This document shows positions 28,081 through 35,924 of a stretch of DNA of 64,000 nucleotides, piece after piece (the stretch's first letter is position 1; each line of letters opens with the position of its first letter). A program made the translations under genes and the position numbers. Below the pieces are notes generated by a model that ran no database searches, was not told the origin of the DNA, and worked only from the letters and a program-made list of their open reading frames with translations. This DNA comes from Candidatus Adlerbacteria bacterium (GTDB lineage Bacteria; Patescibacteriota; Minisyncoccia; Phycocordibacterales; SBAW01), in contig CAVVLG010000003.1 of the NCBI GenBank assembly GCA_963749085.1, positions 155,380-219,379 of the forward strand, written 5' to 3'.

Positions 28081-28614
28081 TTATGCAGCCTTCTTGCCTT
28101 GTTTGCGACGGATGACTTCACCCTCGTAGCGAATACCTTTGCCTTTATAGGGCTCGGGCTTGCGTTGCGCACGAACGTTCGCCGCGAATTGCCCGACCAA
28201 TTCCTTATCAAACCCAGAGACGGTCAGCATACCCTTATCGATAGCAATCGCCAGTCCCTCCGGTACCGGCATTTCAACCTTGTGAGAGAACCCGAGCGAG
28301 AGTACAAGCTTCTTGTCTTGCACTTCCCATTTGTAACCCACACCTTCAACCAGCAATTTCTTGCTATACCCCTTGGTCACACCCTCAAACATGTTGCGGA
28401 TATGGGAGGCGTAGGTGCCGATAAGGGCACGGGATTCAAGCGACCCCGACTTGGGCGACACTTGCACTCCTTCCTTCCCCACTTCAATTAAGACCAGACG
28501 GTGAGTAGGGCGGGTTAGTACTCCCTTAGGACCTTTGACACGCACCAAGCCCTCCGTGACGCTGATTTCGGTCCCGGACGGCGTAGCTATGGGTCTTTTT
28601 GCAAGTCGTGACAT
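28081..28614 (-). CDS. rplF: 50S ribosomal protein L6
   Basis: MSRLAKRPIATPSGTEI. Confidence 0.85.
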   Translation of the reverse strand: MSRLAKRPIATPSGTEISVTEGLVRVKGPKGVLTRPTHRLVLIEVGKEGVQVSPKSGSLESRALIGTYASHIRNMFEGVTKGYSKKLLVEGVGYKWEVQDKKLVLSLGFSHKVEMPVPEGLAIAIDKGMLTVSGFDKELVGQFAANVRAQRKPEPYKGKGIRYEGEVIRRKQGKKAA

Positions 28615-28621
28615 AAATAAT

Positions 28622-29017
28622 TTACCAAATCTCAAACAACGCTTCGCCGCCGACGCGTTTTTCATGTGCTTCTTTGCCGGAAATAACTCCGCTCGGGGTT
28701 GAGAGCACGAGAAGTCCATGGCCGCGTTTGACCGGTTTGATGTCGTGAACGCCCATATACATGCGGCGCGAGGGTTTTGAAATTCTTTTCACACCCGAGA
28801 TCGCCGGGCGACCATTTTTATAAGAAAGTATTATTGAAAGCGAATTTCCGCCAAGCGGATTCTTAACCGTTTTCAATTCGCTGACATAGCCTTCTTTGGC
28901 GAGAATTTCCGCGATGGCAAGCTTCATGCGCGAGTAGGGCGCCGACACGCGGGACTTGCCCGCCATGGAAGCGTTCTGTAAACGGATAAGCAAATCTGCT
29001 ATTGGGTCGGTTACCAT
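28622..29017 (-). CDS. rpsH: 30S ribosomal protein S8
   Basis: [16 protein letters not shown]. Confidence 0.85.
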   Translation of the reverse strand: MVTDPIADLLIRLQNASMAGKSRVSAPYSRMKLAIAEILAKEGYVSELKTVKNPLGGNSLSIILSYKNGRPAISGVKRISKPSRRMYMGVHDIKPVKRGHGLLVLSTPSGVISGKEAHEKRVGGEALFEIW

Positions 29018-29196
29018 GATGATTTTCGGATGCCCGGTATAAGCCCCTCGTTGGCAGCTTCTCTGAAGCAGGCGCGGCACATGCCAAAATCGCGCATGAA
29101 GGCGCGTTTGCGCCCGCAGCGGAAACAGCGTCGAACCACCCGGGATTTAAATTTGGGTGGGCGGTTTGACCTTGCAACTGTTGATTTTTTTGCCAT
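29011..29196 (-). CDS. rpsZ: 30S ribosomal protein S14, Zn-ribbon type Z (61 aa)
   Basis: [23 protein letters not shown]. Confidence 0.85.
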   Translation of the reverse strand: MAKKSTVARSNRPPKFKSRVVRRCFRCGRKRAFMRDFGMCRACFREAANEGLIPGIRKSSW

Positions 29197-29236
29197 GTAT
29201 ATGATTCTGTTGGTTTCCCCCGTTTGGGGGACCTTG

Positions 29237-29263
29237 CAGAAAAAAGGAGCCCCGACTGGGCTC
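29237..29263 (-). terminator. Rho-independent terminator closing the island's minus-strand transcript
   Basis: Minus-strand gagcccagtcggggctc followed by cttttttct; lies between island and rpsZ start. Confidence 0.65.
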
Positions 29264-29328
29264 ACAAGATACTACGCGAATTGGATTTAGAAGTCAAATT
29301 ACCTTATAGATTGCAGCGTAGAAGAAGG

Positions 29329-30042
29329 TCAAAATGGTATTTGAGCTTGTACACGATACGACAATATATTCGTGACTGGCACGCACGTACCCATCAGTCT
29401 GGTGCACAATATCCTTTTTCCGACGTATCCATGCAGGTTAAAGATAAAGGCATTGGCGATGCTTTCGGCAACGATGAGTGCAAAAATCGTTGCGGCTGGC
29501 AGAAGCCATTCGTCAGCATAAACAGCATCACGCGCCAGACGGTTGTCGGCTCTGAATTTTTTCAGGCCGCGCAGACGCCTACGCTCGACGAGCCGGCTCG
29601 CCTCCAGCGTCGCGCCGTGAGCAAGCTTTGCCTCTGCAACCGAGGCACGTGCGTCGGCAACCGCGAGTGTCACGTCGAGCTGGCGCGGCATGCGCGCCCG
29701 GATTTTCTCGTCGGCGTCGTGGAGCTGACTTGCGAGAAACTGCTTAAGTAAGTTGGCGCCCGACTGGATTTCAGCCACGATTTGCCGCTGCGGATCGTTC
29801 AGATCGGCATCGTCTTTGTGCGGACGGTTCTCGACGCCATCGTCTCGCGCCCGCTCGACCAAGCGCAATGACCTGGCCAAGCGCTCAAAGGCGGGACGGA
29901 GGTGGTCATTGACCTCCGGTAGCCAGCGAGTACGCGTCCATGTCGGAGATTTGGAGAAGGTATTCATCGAGCCGCGGAAGTTCATGGCAGTCACCTTAAT
30001 TATTGGTTTGAGCGTGGCCAGTTGTCGCCTGGCTGAAGACAT
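29329..30042 (-). CDS. Hypothetical charged helical protein with C-terminal TM (tail-anchored); contains direct repeat DR1 in its 3' end
   Basis: 237-aa ORF in GC-rich segment; overlapping plus-strand ORF 29224-29751 judged spurious; coding status uncertain. Confidence 0.35.
   Translation of the reverse strand: MSSARRQLATLKPIIKVTAMNFRGSMNTFSKSPTWTRTRWLPEVNDHLRPAFERLARSLRLVERARDDGVENRPHKDDADLNDPQRQIVAEIQSGANLLKQFLASQLHDADEKIRARMPRQLDVTLAVADARASVAEAKLAHGATLEASRLVERRRLRGLKKFRADNRLARDAVYADEWLLPAATIFALIVAESIANAFIFNLHGYVGKRILCTRLMGTCVPVTNILSYRVQAQIPF
29400..29437. repeat. 38-bp perfect direct repeat DR1 (tggtgcacaatatcctttttccgacgtatccatgcagg)
   Basis: Identical copy at 33679-33716; partial copy ggtgcacaata..tccgacg at 33579-33601. 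Confidence 0.9.
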
Positions 30043-30187
30043 CCATGCTTTCGCTGGGTGGTGAGCACAAACTCTTCGCTAAGAAGGTGTCTAAGCGGGA
30101 TCTGTTTTTTGAACAAAGGCATTGCCGGTGCACTAAATGTGAAGAACGGCGTTTCAGGGTTCGAACGCTTCTCGACTACTTGCGCTG

Positions 30188-31249
30188 ATGTGTGGCCGAA
30201 GCTTCGGATTTTTGAGCGCCCGGCGCAGCGTCATTGAATCTTTCGATCGAGAAGGCTATGTCCGCTTACGCGAAGTGGTTGCTCAGAACCCCGAAATTCG
30301 AGTTGCAGGCTTGGCGCAGGGCGGTGGGTGTCTGAAAAAAAGTGCGCTGATATCAACCGAGAAATGGGCGGGTGGGGAGATGGTCATCGAGCGGAAGGCC
30401 GAAAATTTCAGGTTTTTCCATCCGCGGGAGCCCTGGGGTAAAGGCGGGACTGATTATGTCCAGGTGCATTGTCGTCTGGACGATTTATACGGAATGACTG
30501 GACCGGACGCTGAAACAAATAAAGGGCTCTATAACGCGGCAAAGAGTGAAGGCAATTTTAGGGCCGCATACGAGATAATAGTTAGGCATCGCTCCGAGGA
30601 AAAGTTGAAGGCTCTGAAAGAGGTTATTGCCACGTTGAAGACGCCTGCGCTTTTCGTTTATCCACGGAAGCTGGATTTTGGTGACTCGGGCCGCACATTG
30701 GACCCGGAGAGGCCTACGAACGCCTTGCCGGTGACGCTTACCCGGTTCGTAAGCGCGCGAGTAGGCGGAGAGATATGCAAGGACATAATCCAGATGAGGA
30801 TAAGAAAGCGGACGACTCTCAATCGTCTAATACGCTTTCTTTATCAGCCGGCTTTTAAGGGCCGGGTCATTCCTGGCAGGCGATATGTTCTTGTGGACGA
30901 TGTCATTTCATCGGGGGCGCTATTCGCCTCTCTTCGAAGTCACATCGTGAAGGGCGGCGGCCTTGTCATCGGCATGACAGCGCTTGCGCATGTATCAGGT
31001 AGAGATCAGAAATTGGCGATTTCAAGGGATTCGCTGCAGGCAATGAGGATCGAATTTGGCGAAAAGATTGATGCTTTCTGGAACGGGAAGTTCGGGCACG
31101 GAATTGAGCACCTTACCGACCAAGAAGCAAAGTACCTCTTGGGTCGCTGGCGCTCGCAGCATCAGAGCATTCTGTCGGGTTCTCAGCTGCTTGAATGCCT
31201 TGCTGGCGAGATCGAGCATATTCAAATAGCACACTCCAAATATTCGTAG
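30188..31249 (+). CDS. Phosphoribosyltransferase (PRTase type I) domain protein with about 230-aa uncharacterised N-terminal region
   Basis: RRYVLVDDVISSGALFASL PRPP-binding motif; start codon uncertain (no obvious RBS). Confidence 0.55.
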   Translation: MCGRSFGFLSARRSVIESFDREGYVRLREVVAQNPEIRVAGLAQGGGCLKKSALISTEKWAGGEMVIERKAENFRFFHPREPWGKGGTDYVQVHCRLDDLYGMTGPDAETNKGLYNAAKSEGNFRAAYEIIVRHRSEEKLKALKEVIATLKTPALFVYPRKLDFGDSGRTLDPERPTNALPVTLTRFVSARVGGEICKDIIQMRIRKRTTLNRLIRFLYQPAFKGRVIPGRRYVLVDDVISSGALFASLRSHIVKGGGLVIGMTALAHVSGRDQKLAISRDSLQAMRIEFGEKIDAFWNGKFGHGIEHLTDQEAKYLLGRWRSQHQSILSGSQLLECLAGEIEHIQIAHSKYS

Positions 31250-31297
31250 ATCGCAGTATTTTGCCTTATAATTCATGCTTTTTCATGCTCCCTTGAC

Positions 31298-31332
31298 AAT
31301 TGTACTGTATTTGATAGTATATCCAAAGTTGT
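31298..31332 (+). promoter_or_regulatory. Promoter (TTGACA-16-TAGTAT) overlapped by repeated TTGTACT(G/T)TA / GTAC palindromic operator-like sites
   Basis: cccttgacaattgtactgtatttgatagtatatccaaagttgtactttacagcagtac upstream of ORF 31375. Confidence 0.45.
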
Positions 31333-31374
31333 ACTTTACAGCAGTACTTCGTCAAATCTCCAGTCCGATCCTCG

Positions 31375-31671
31375 GTGCCTGACAAATCGGGCATCGACAA
31401 CTCGGAATGGAGGTTGCTAATGGCACATTCACAATGTTGCAGCGCAAACTCGCCTGACGCGTCACGCGCTGATATCGAAGACGAAGCTTGTCGTCGGCTG
31501 ATGATTTCGCTCTACGGCAGTGAAGCCGAGGCGAGGCTTGTCGCTGAGGCCCTCTTACGGGACATAACGCCCGAAGAGGAGGAACTGATCGAGCGGCGGT
31601 ACAATGCCGGCGACCAAATCGCTGACCAAATTGTGCGCGAGCTTGGTTTCCCTCCCGAACCGGAAAGATAA
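31375..31671 (+). CDS. Small HTH protein, sigma-70 region-4-like (98 aa)
   Basis: ITPEEEELIERRYNAGDQIADQIVREL resembles region 4.2 HTH; C-terminal 55 aa duplicated at N-terminus of ORF 32704. Confidence 0.5.
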   Translation: MPDKSGIDNSEWRLLMAHSQCCSANSPDASRADIEDEACRRLMISLYGSEAEARLVAEALLRDITPEEEELIERRYNAGDQIADQIVRELGFPPEPER

Positions 31672-31715
31672 GGTGAGGGTGGCCGAGCGAGCAATTGGTA
31701 AGCGACTTCGACTTA

Positions 31716-31745
31716 AGACCCCGTAAATGCGGGGTCTTTTTGTAT
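31716..31745 (+). terminator. Rho-independent terminator
   Basis: aagaccccgtaaatgcggggtcttttt. Confidence 0.75.
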
Positions 31746-31855
31746 GCGCTTTATTTTTGGGTATTCTTCAAAAAACGGTGCTGGTTTGGACACTCTGGGT
31801 ACATAGGGTCGCTTAGCCTATCATAGTGGAGTAGAACTCTAGCACGAGAACGGCA

Positions 31856-32707
31856 ATGATACGACTGCAGCAAGCTAGAGTCTCGAAACGCGGTCCAATT
31901 CCGATGGAACGTCGGCGACCATGCGACTATTTAAAAGCACTGACCCCGGCGCATATGAGGGACGTTCGTGAGCATTTAAAAGCAATATACGCGGTGTATT
32001 CAGGGCGTCAGTTGGCGGACGATTGTGCCCAAGTAGCAATACTGTTCCTGTGGAAATACCCCTATGACTTAGAAATCGGTCCGTCCATGGGGGATGAACG
32101 CGATGCCGCTTGGTACGTAGCTGTACATAATTCGCTTCTGCGCTTCGCCAAGTCTCGCGAATTTAGAGGGTCGGTATTGCGGACCGTTTATAAGGGCAAC
32201 TTTAGCAAAGTGTCCCAAACAGAATCCGAAGGCGAACAAGACCCAGATCCAAATTGGGATACGAGCATTCGATGGTTTGAGGGTAATCTCCATTGGGAAA
32301 AGGTTTTCAAAAGTTTCCGAGCATTTTTGGCGGAGCAACCGGATATCGATCCCCTAGAGATTCAGTTGATCGACCAGCTCCACAAAAACGCCGTGCGTGA
32401 GACGATAGATGAAGGAATGGAAGATGTTTTTCGAGGCGAGAGCTTTCAAGTCGTTCACCAGCCGCTGCTAGAAGCATTGCAAGAGCATTTTCGAGCAACA
32501 GGCTGGAATATTGAAATGGTGCGAGTAACGCTCGCGAAAATTCGCCGTCATGCGATCCAATATCGGGAATCTCTAACCACTGGTGACCTTTTAGAATTTC
32601 ATGGACCCCTTCGAACTCAAGCAGATAGCCAATCGTCTATCGAGAAGAAGAAATCCAATGCCGAGCTTTGTCAGCAGACAACATCGACCAAAAGGCCAGT
32701 ATCATGA
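31856..32707 (+). CDS. Hypothetical protein with ECF-sigma region-2-like N-terminal part
   Basis: QLADDCAQVAILFLWKY and AWYVAVHNSLLRFAKSRE resemble sigma-70 regions 2.2 and 2.4; ATGA-overlapped with next gene. Confidence 0.4.
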   Translation: MIRLQQARVSKRGPIPMERRRPCDYLKALTPAHMRDVREHLKAIYAVYSGRQLADDCAQVAILFLWKYPYDLEIGPSMGDERDAAWYVAVHNSLLRFAKSREFRGSVLRTVYKGNFSKVSQTESEGEQDPDPNWDTSIRWFEGNLHWEKVFKSFRAFLAEQPDIDPLEIQLIDQLHKNAVRETIDEGMEDVFRGESFQVVHQPLLEALQEHFRATGWNIEMVRVTLAKIRRHAIQYRESLTTGDLLEFHGPLRTQADSQSSIEKKKSNAELCQQTTSTKRPVS

Positions 32708-33570
32708 CCAAAAAACCCACCCCTGTGAGCGGAACGACAAACGAAGACGAAGCTTGTCGTCGGCTGATGATTTCGCTCTACGGCAGTGAAGCCGAGGCGA
32801 GGCTTGTCGCTGAAGCCCTCTTACGGGACATAACGCCAGAAGAGGAGGAACTGATCGAGCGGCGGTACAATGCCGGCGACCAAATCGCTGACCAAATTGT
32901 GCGCGAAGCTGGATTAGAGTCAAAAGTGCCGGCCGCGATGGGTTATGACGTTGATATCCCGTTCACCGAAGAACAGGAAAAGGAATTTGTCTCATTCGTG
33001 GAAGCAGTTTATCGCCGAGCAGAAGATCAACAAGATCGCACTGCACCTTTAGAGCGAGTTCCAGCTGGCGTCCTGGGCGCTCTGGCAGAACTCGGGCATG
33101 TTGCAGCGGCTAAAGTGGTGTCCGTAGCCGATGTAGTTGGGGAATGGCTATCTTTGCCTTTGCAGGCCTTTAATACGATCGACCTCGCGTACGGGAAGCC
33201 TGCTTTAGCGACTGCCGAGGTCGCTAGCGAACAGGTGCTGCATAAAGTCGGCAAGCGTGTTTTTCTGGCTGACCTAGGCGCAGAAAGCTCGCAGCTAGCG
33301 GAGAGCAAATGGCGATCTGCTGAGATAAGATTGATATTGTCAATTAATTCGCGTCGCGAAATTGATGACGTGAGCATCACGGCTCGTGGAAGTGAACTCG
33401 ATAAATTGACGAATGAAATTCTTGATGTGCGCCTGAGGGATCGAGCGGGTAACAAGCGGACCATTGCTCTTTCTCGGGAACGGCTGCAAGGCTACATGCG
33501 AGGTAAATCACTTTCCGGCGATCTCGCAGAATTAGAGCTACTGGTTCATGTCGACCATCGACCAACGTAA
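32704..33570 (+). CDS. Hypothetical protein with N-terminal sigma-region-4-like HTH (duplicated module)
   Basis: N-terminal 55 aa identical to C-terminus of ORF 31375 (165 nt, 2 mismatches). Confidence 0.5.
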   Translation: MTKKPTPVSGTTNEDEACRRLMISLYGSEAEARLVAEALLRDITPEEEELIERRYNAGDQIADQIVREAGLESKVPAAMGYDVDIPFTEEQEKEFVSFVEAVYRRAEDQQDRTAPLERVPAGVLGALAELGHVAAAKVVSVADVVGEWLSLPLQAFNTIDLAYGKPALATAEVASEQVLHKVGKRVFLADLGAESSQLAESKWRSAEIRLILSINSRREIDDVSITARGSELDKLTNEILDVRLRDRAGNKRTIALSRERLQGYMRGKSLSGDLAELELLVHVDHRPT

Positions 33571-33678
33571 GCTACCGGGGTGCACAATAGAACCTCCGAC
33601 GCTGATCGGCGCTATCGCTCGCGAACTCGAACGTGAGTTGAATGAAGCGATTCCCGCGGAGCTGAAAAGTTGTCGGCT

Positions 33679-33716
33679 TGGTGCACAATATCCTTTTTCC
33701 GACGTATCCATGCAGG
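33679..33716. repeat. 38-bp perfect direct repeat DR2
   Basis: Identical to 29400-29437; 17 nt from cas2 stop. Confidence 0.9.
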
Positions 33717-33733
33717 AGCCAGTAAATTAAGGC

Positions 33734-34045
33734 TTATTTGACTATCCGCACAATCTCATACGCGGGCTTGCCCGTGATGGCCTGTAGCGTCTCATGCCCT
33801 ATGCTAGCATCCTTTGTGCACGACGCACACATAGCGAACGAATAATGCGAATCAGTCTTTCCGCAGAACAGAGTCTTCAGTTTGCTGTCGAGCGACACAC
33901 GTTCCTCCCGATATAAGGTCCCAATATACAGCTTTTTATGTAGCGGCCTGAGCCCAAAATCCTTGCACCAATTCTCAGCCTGTCGCGTCCTGCGCCAGTT
34001 ACGCGTTTGCCAGGATACGACTACCGTAAATAGCAGATTGTTCAT
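33734..34045 (-). CDS. cas2: Putative CRISPR-associated endoribonuclease Cas2
   Basis: Immediately follows cas1 (6-nt gap); about 100 aa; N-terminal LLFTVVVS..RRTRQ pattern like E. coli-type Cas2 (MLVVVTENVPPRLRGRL). Confidence 0.5.
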   Translation of the reverse strand: MNNLLFTVVVSWQTRNWRRTRQAENWCKDFGLRPLHKKLYIGTLYREERVSLDSKLKTLFCGKTDSHYSFAMCASCTKDASIGHETLQAITGKPAYEIVRIVK

Positions 34046-34051
34046 AGTGTG

Positions 34052-35062
34052 TTAGAGCAGCAAGGAGAAATCAAATGCTGCATATGTGTCCTGCTTTTCC
34101 AAGAAATAGCGGGCAAGCGCCCTGCTTTGCTCCTCGATAATTACTTGGAGGGTGCGTTGCTTGCCTTTCCATTTTACCGTTTTATTAAGCTGTTTGAATA
34201 CTGCCTCAACTACCTTGGCCTTCCCCTCGGGAGAGAGCCGGTACTCCGTGTTGTTTACTTTCTCAAAATCGCCCCGCCTGCCCAGCTTTTTTTCGAGAAA
34301 GAGCGGAAAGATTGCCGAATCCACCACTGGCACGCGGAATTCTTCGACCATGTCCAAAACTAGGGCCGGTTTGCCATAACGCTCGGAGTGATACAAGCCA
34401 AGGTACGGGTCAAGGCCGATATAGAGGCAGGCACGTTCTACTTCGTTGTAGAGAATGCCGTAGCCGTAGTTGATAGCACTGTTGAATTTGTCGCGGCCTT
34501 GCGGGATGCGACCCGGAAACTTATGTAATTGCCTAAGCGATTGCCAATACTTTTCTGCAATGAATCCTTCGATGCCGAACAACTGCTCGCGAGCCTTGTC
34601 GCTCGGAGGAATGGTATTGATGGTCTTGGAGAGCGTCTCGGCCTGAACGATTCCCTTTTCAAAGTCAGCTCCGCACTTGGCCATCAAGAATTTCAAATAG
34701 GTGATTTGGTTTTTGCATTTTCCCGCGATGAAGCTTTTGGCGAGCGAGAGCGCCTGCGGAAGGTCAGTCGCGACCTCGAGCTGGGCGCGTCGAGTCGTAG
34801 CTAACCCTCGCGCATCACTGCCAAAAATCCTGCCGACAGGTTTGCCGAAGGATCCGAGATACACGATGTCAACTTCGTGCTCAAGGGCAAGCTTTACGGC
34901 GTGGGTCGAAATGGAAGAGGGCCGAAGAATGACGATTTTGCTGAGCCTGCGTATCGGATATTCTTTGGTAATCCGCTTCTTGGTCTTCGAGGGCAGGCGC
35001 AAGACAAGGCGCTCACCTGTCGAACCTATATACGTGCCGTAGGTGTCGATGAGGAGGTCCAT
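34052..35062 (-). CDS. cas1: CRISPR-associated endonuclease Cas1 (start trimmed to MDLLIDTYG)
   Basis: NSAINYGYGILYNEVERACLYIGLDPYLGLYH...LVLDMVEEFRVPVVD matches Cas1 catalytic His/Asp signature; upstream part of listed ORF overlaps rplE and is discarded. Confidence 0.85.
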   Translation of the reverse strand: MDLLIDTYGTYIGSTGERLVLRLPSKTKKRITKEYPIRRLSKIVILRPSSISTHAVKLALEHEVDIVYLGSFGKPVGRIFGSDARGLATTRRAQLEVATDLPQALSLAKSFIAGKCKNQITYLKFLMAKCGADFEKGIVQAETLSKTINTIPPSDKAREQLFGIEGFIAEKYWQSLRQLHKFPGRIPQGRDKFNSAINYGYGILYNEVERACLYIGLDPYLGLYHSERYGKPALVLDMVEEFRVPVVDSAIFPLFLEKKLGRRGDFEKVNNTEYRLSPEGKAKVVEAVFKQLNKTVKWKGKQRTLQVIIEEQSRALARYFLEKQDTYAAFDFSLLL

Positions 35063-35083
35063 GGGGAATATATAACAGGCGGG

Positions 35084-35110
35084 TAATAAAAAAGGATACC
35101 AGAAGTATCC
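35084..35110 (-). terminator. Rho-independent terminator after rplE, upstream of cas1
   Basis: Minus-strand ggatacuucugguaucc followed by U6. Confidence 0.65.
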
Positions 35111-35153
35111 GAGCAGAGACGATACCAACCTTGGAGAGAGAAGTAAAGAGTTT

Positions 35154-35690
35154 CTACTTTTTGAACGGGAACCCGAGGTGTGCGAGATACTCCTCGGCTT
35201 CTTTTTTATTTTTCGCAGTGGTGACGATAGTCGTCGCCATACCGAACACGTCCTTAAGTTCTTCATCGGTGGTCTCTGGAAAAACAATATGTTCTTTGAT
35301 GCCAAGTGTATAGTTGCCCATTTCATCAATGGCACCTTTTGAGATTCCTTTGAAGTCTTTAGTGCGCGGGAGCGCCACATGGATGAGACGGTTCAAAAAA
35401 TCTTCGGCACGCTTGCCGCGCAGTGTTACTTGGTATCCTACTTTGTCGCCAATGCGCGTTTTGTACGTCGCAATGGACTTTTTGGCTCCTCGCGTGGCTG
35501 GTTTTTGTCCTGTTATCTTTGCCAAGCGGTCGGCAACCAATTCAACCTTCGGTTTATCCTTGGCCATCTTGCCCACACCAACTGAAATAACCACTTTTTC
35601 TATACGCGGTACTTGCATGGCGTTTTTCCATTTGAATTCGGTTTTCAAAGCGCTGAAAGCCTTTTTCTGTTTGACTTGAATAAGTTCCAT
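35154..35690 (-). CDS. rplE: 50S ribosomal protein L5
   Basis: Full-length L5 similarity. Confidence 0.9.
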   Translation of the reverse strand: MELIQVKQKKAFSALKTEFKWKNAMQVPRIEKVVISVGVGKMAKDKPKVELVADRLAKITGQKPATRGAKKSIATYKTRIGDKVGYQVTLRGKRAEDFLNRLIHVALPRTKDFKGISKGAIDEMGNYTLGIKEHIVFPETTDEELKDVFGMATTIVTTAKNKKEAEEYLAHLGFPFKK

Positions 35691-35693
35691 AGG

Positions 35694-35921
35694 TTATTTC
35701 TTCCGAGCAACTTTGCTCACGTGGATGGGAAATTGCTTGTCTATAATCTGACCTTTCTGCCCTTCTTTTCGCGGCTTCTGGTGCTTTTTGCGCAGCCCCA
35801 CGCCTTCAATAACCACGAGTTGTAATTTCGGGAACGTTTCGATCACCTTCCCTGATTTGCCTTTTTCATTACCGGAGATGACCATCACGGTGTCGCCTTT
35901 TTTTACATGCAACGTATTCAT
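35694..35921 (-). CDS. rplX: 50S ribosomal protein L24
   Basis: KOW motif KKGDTVMVISGNEKGKSGKV. Confidence 0.85.
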   Translation of the reverse strand: MNTLHVKKGDTVMVISGNEKGKSGKVIETFPKLQLVVIEGVGLRKKHQKPRKEGQKGQIIDKQFPIHVSKVARKK

Positions 35922-35924
35922 ACC

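Noticed and set aside
29224-29751. Plus-strand 175-aa ORF overlapping the minus-strand tail-anchored ORF
   Set aside because: Cys-rich odd composition in a GC-rich stretch. It is fully overlapped by a longer opposite-strand ORF, so it is probably a spurious frame. It does contain DR1 in-frame (GAQYPFSDVSMQ), so neither strand's coding status is certain.
33548-33730. 60-aa plus-strand ORF spanning the degenerate repeat and DR2
   Set aside because: It consists largely of repeat sequence and has no RBS. It is more likely non-coding repeat or leader DNA next to cas2.
33570-33730. Possible CRISPR array next to cas2
   Set aside because: Only one full 38-nt repeat plus a degenerate partial copy at 100-nt spacing. 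There is no regular repeat-spacer periodicity, so this is not called as CRISPR.
34049-34379. Plus-strand ORFs antisense to cas1
   Set aside because: They are overlapped by a strongly supported Cas1 gene and have no RBS.
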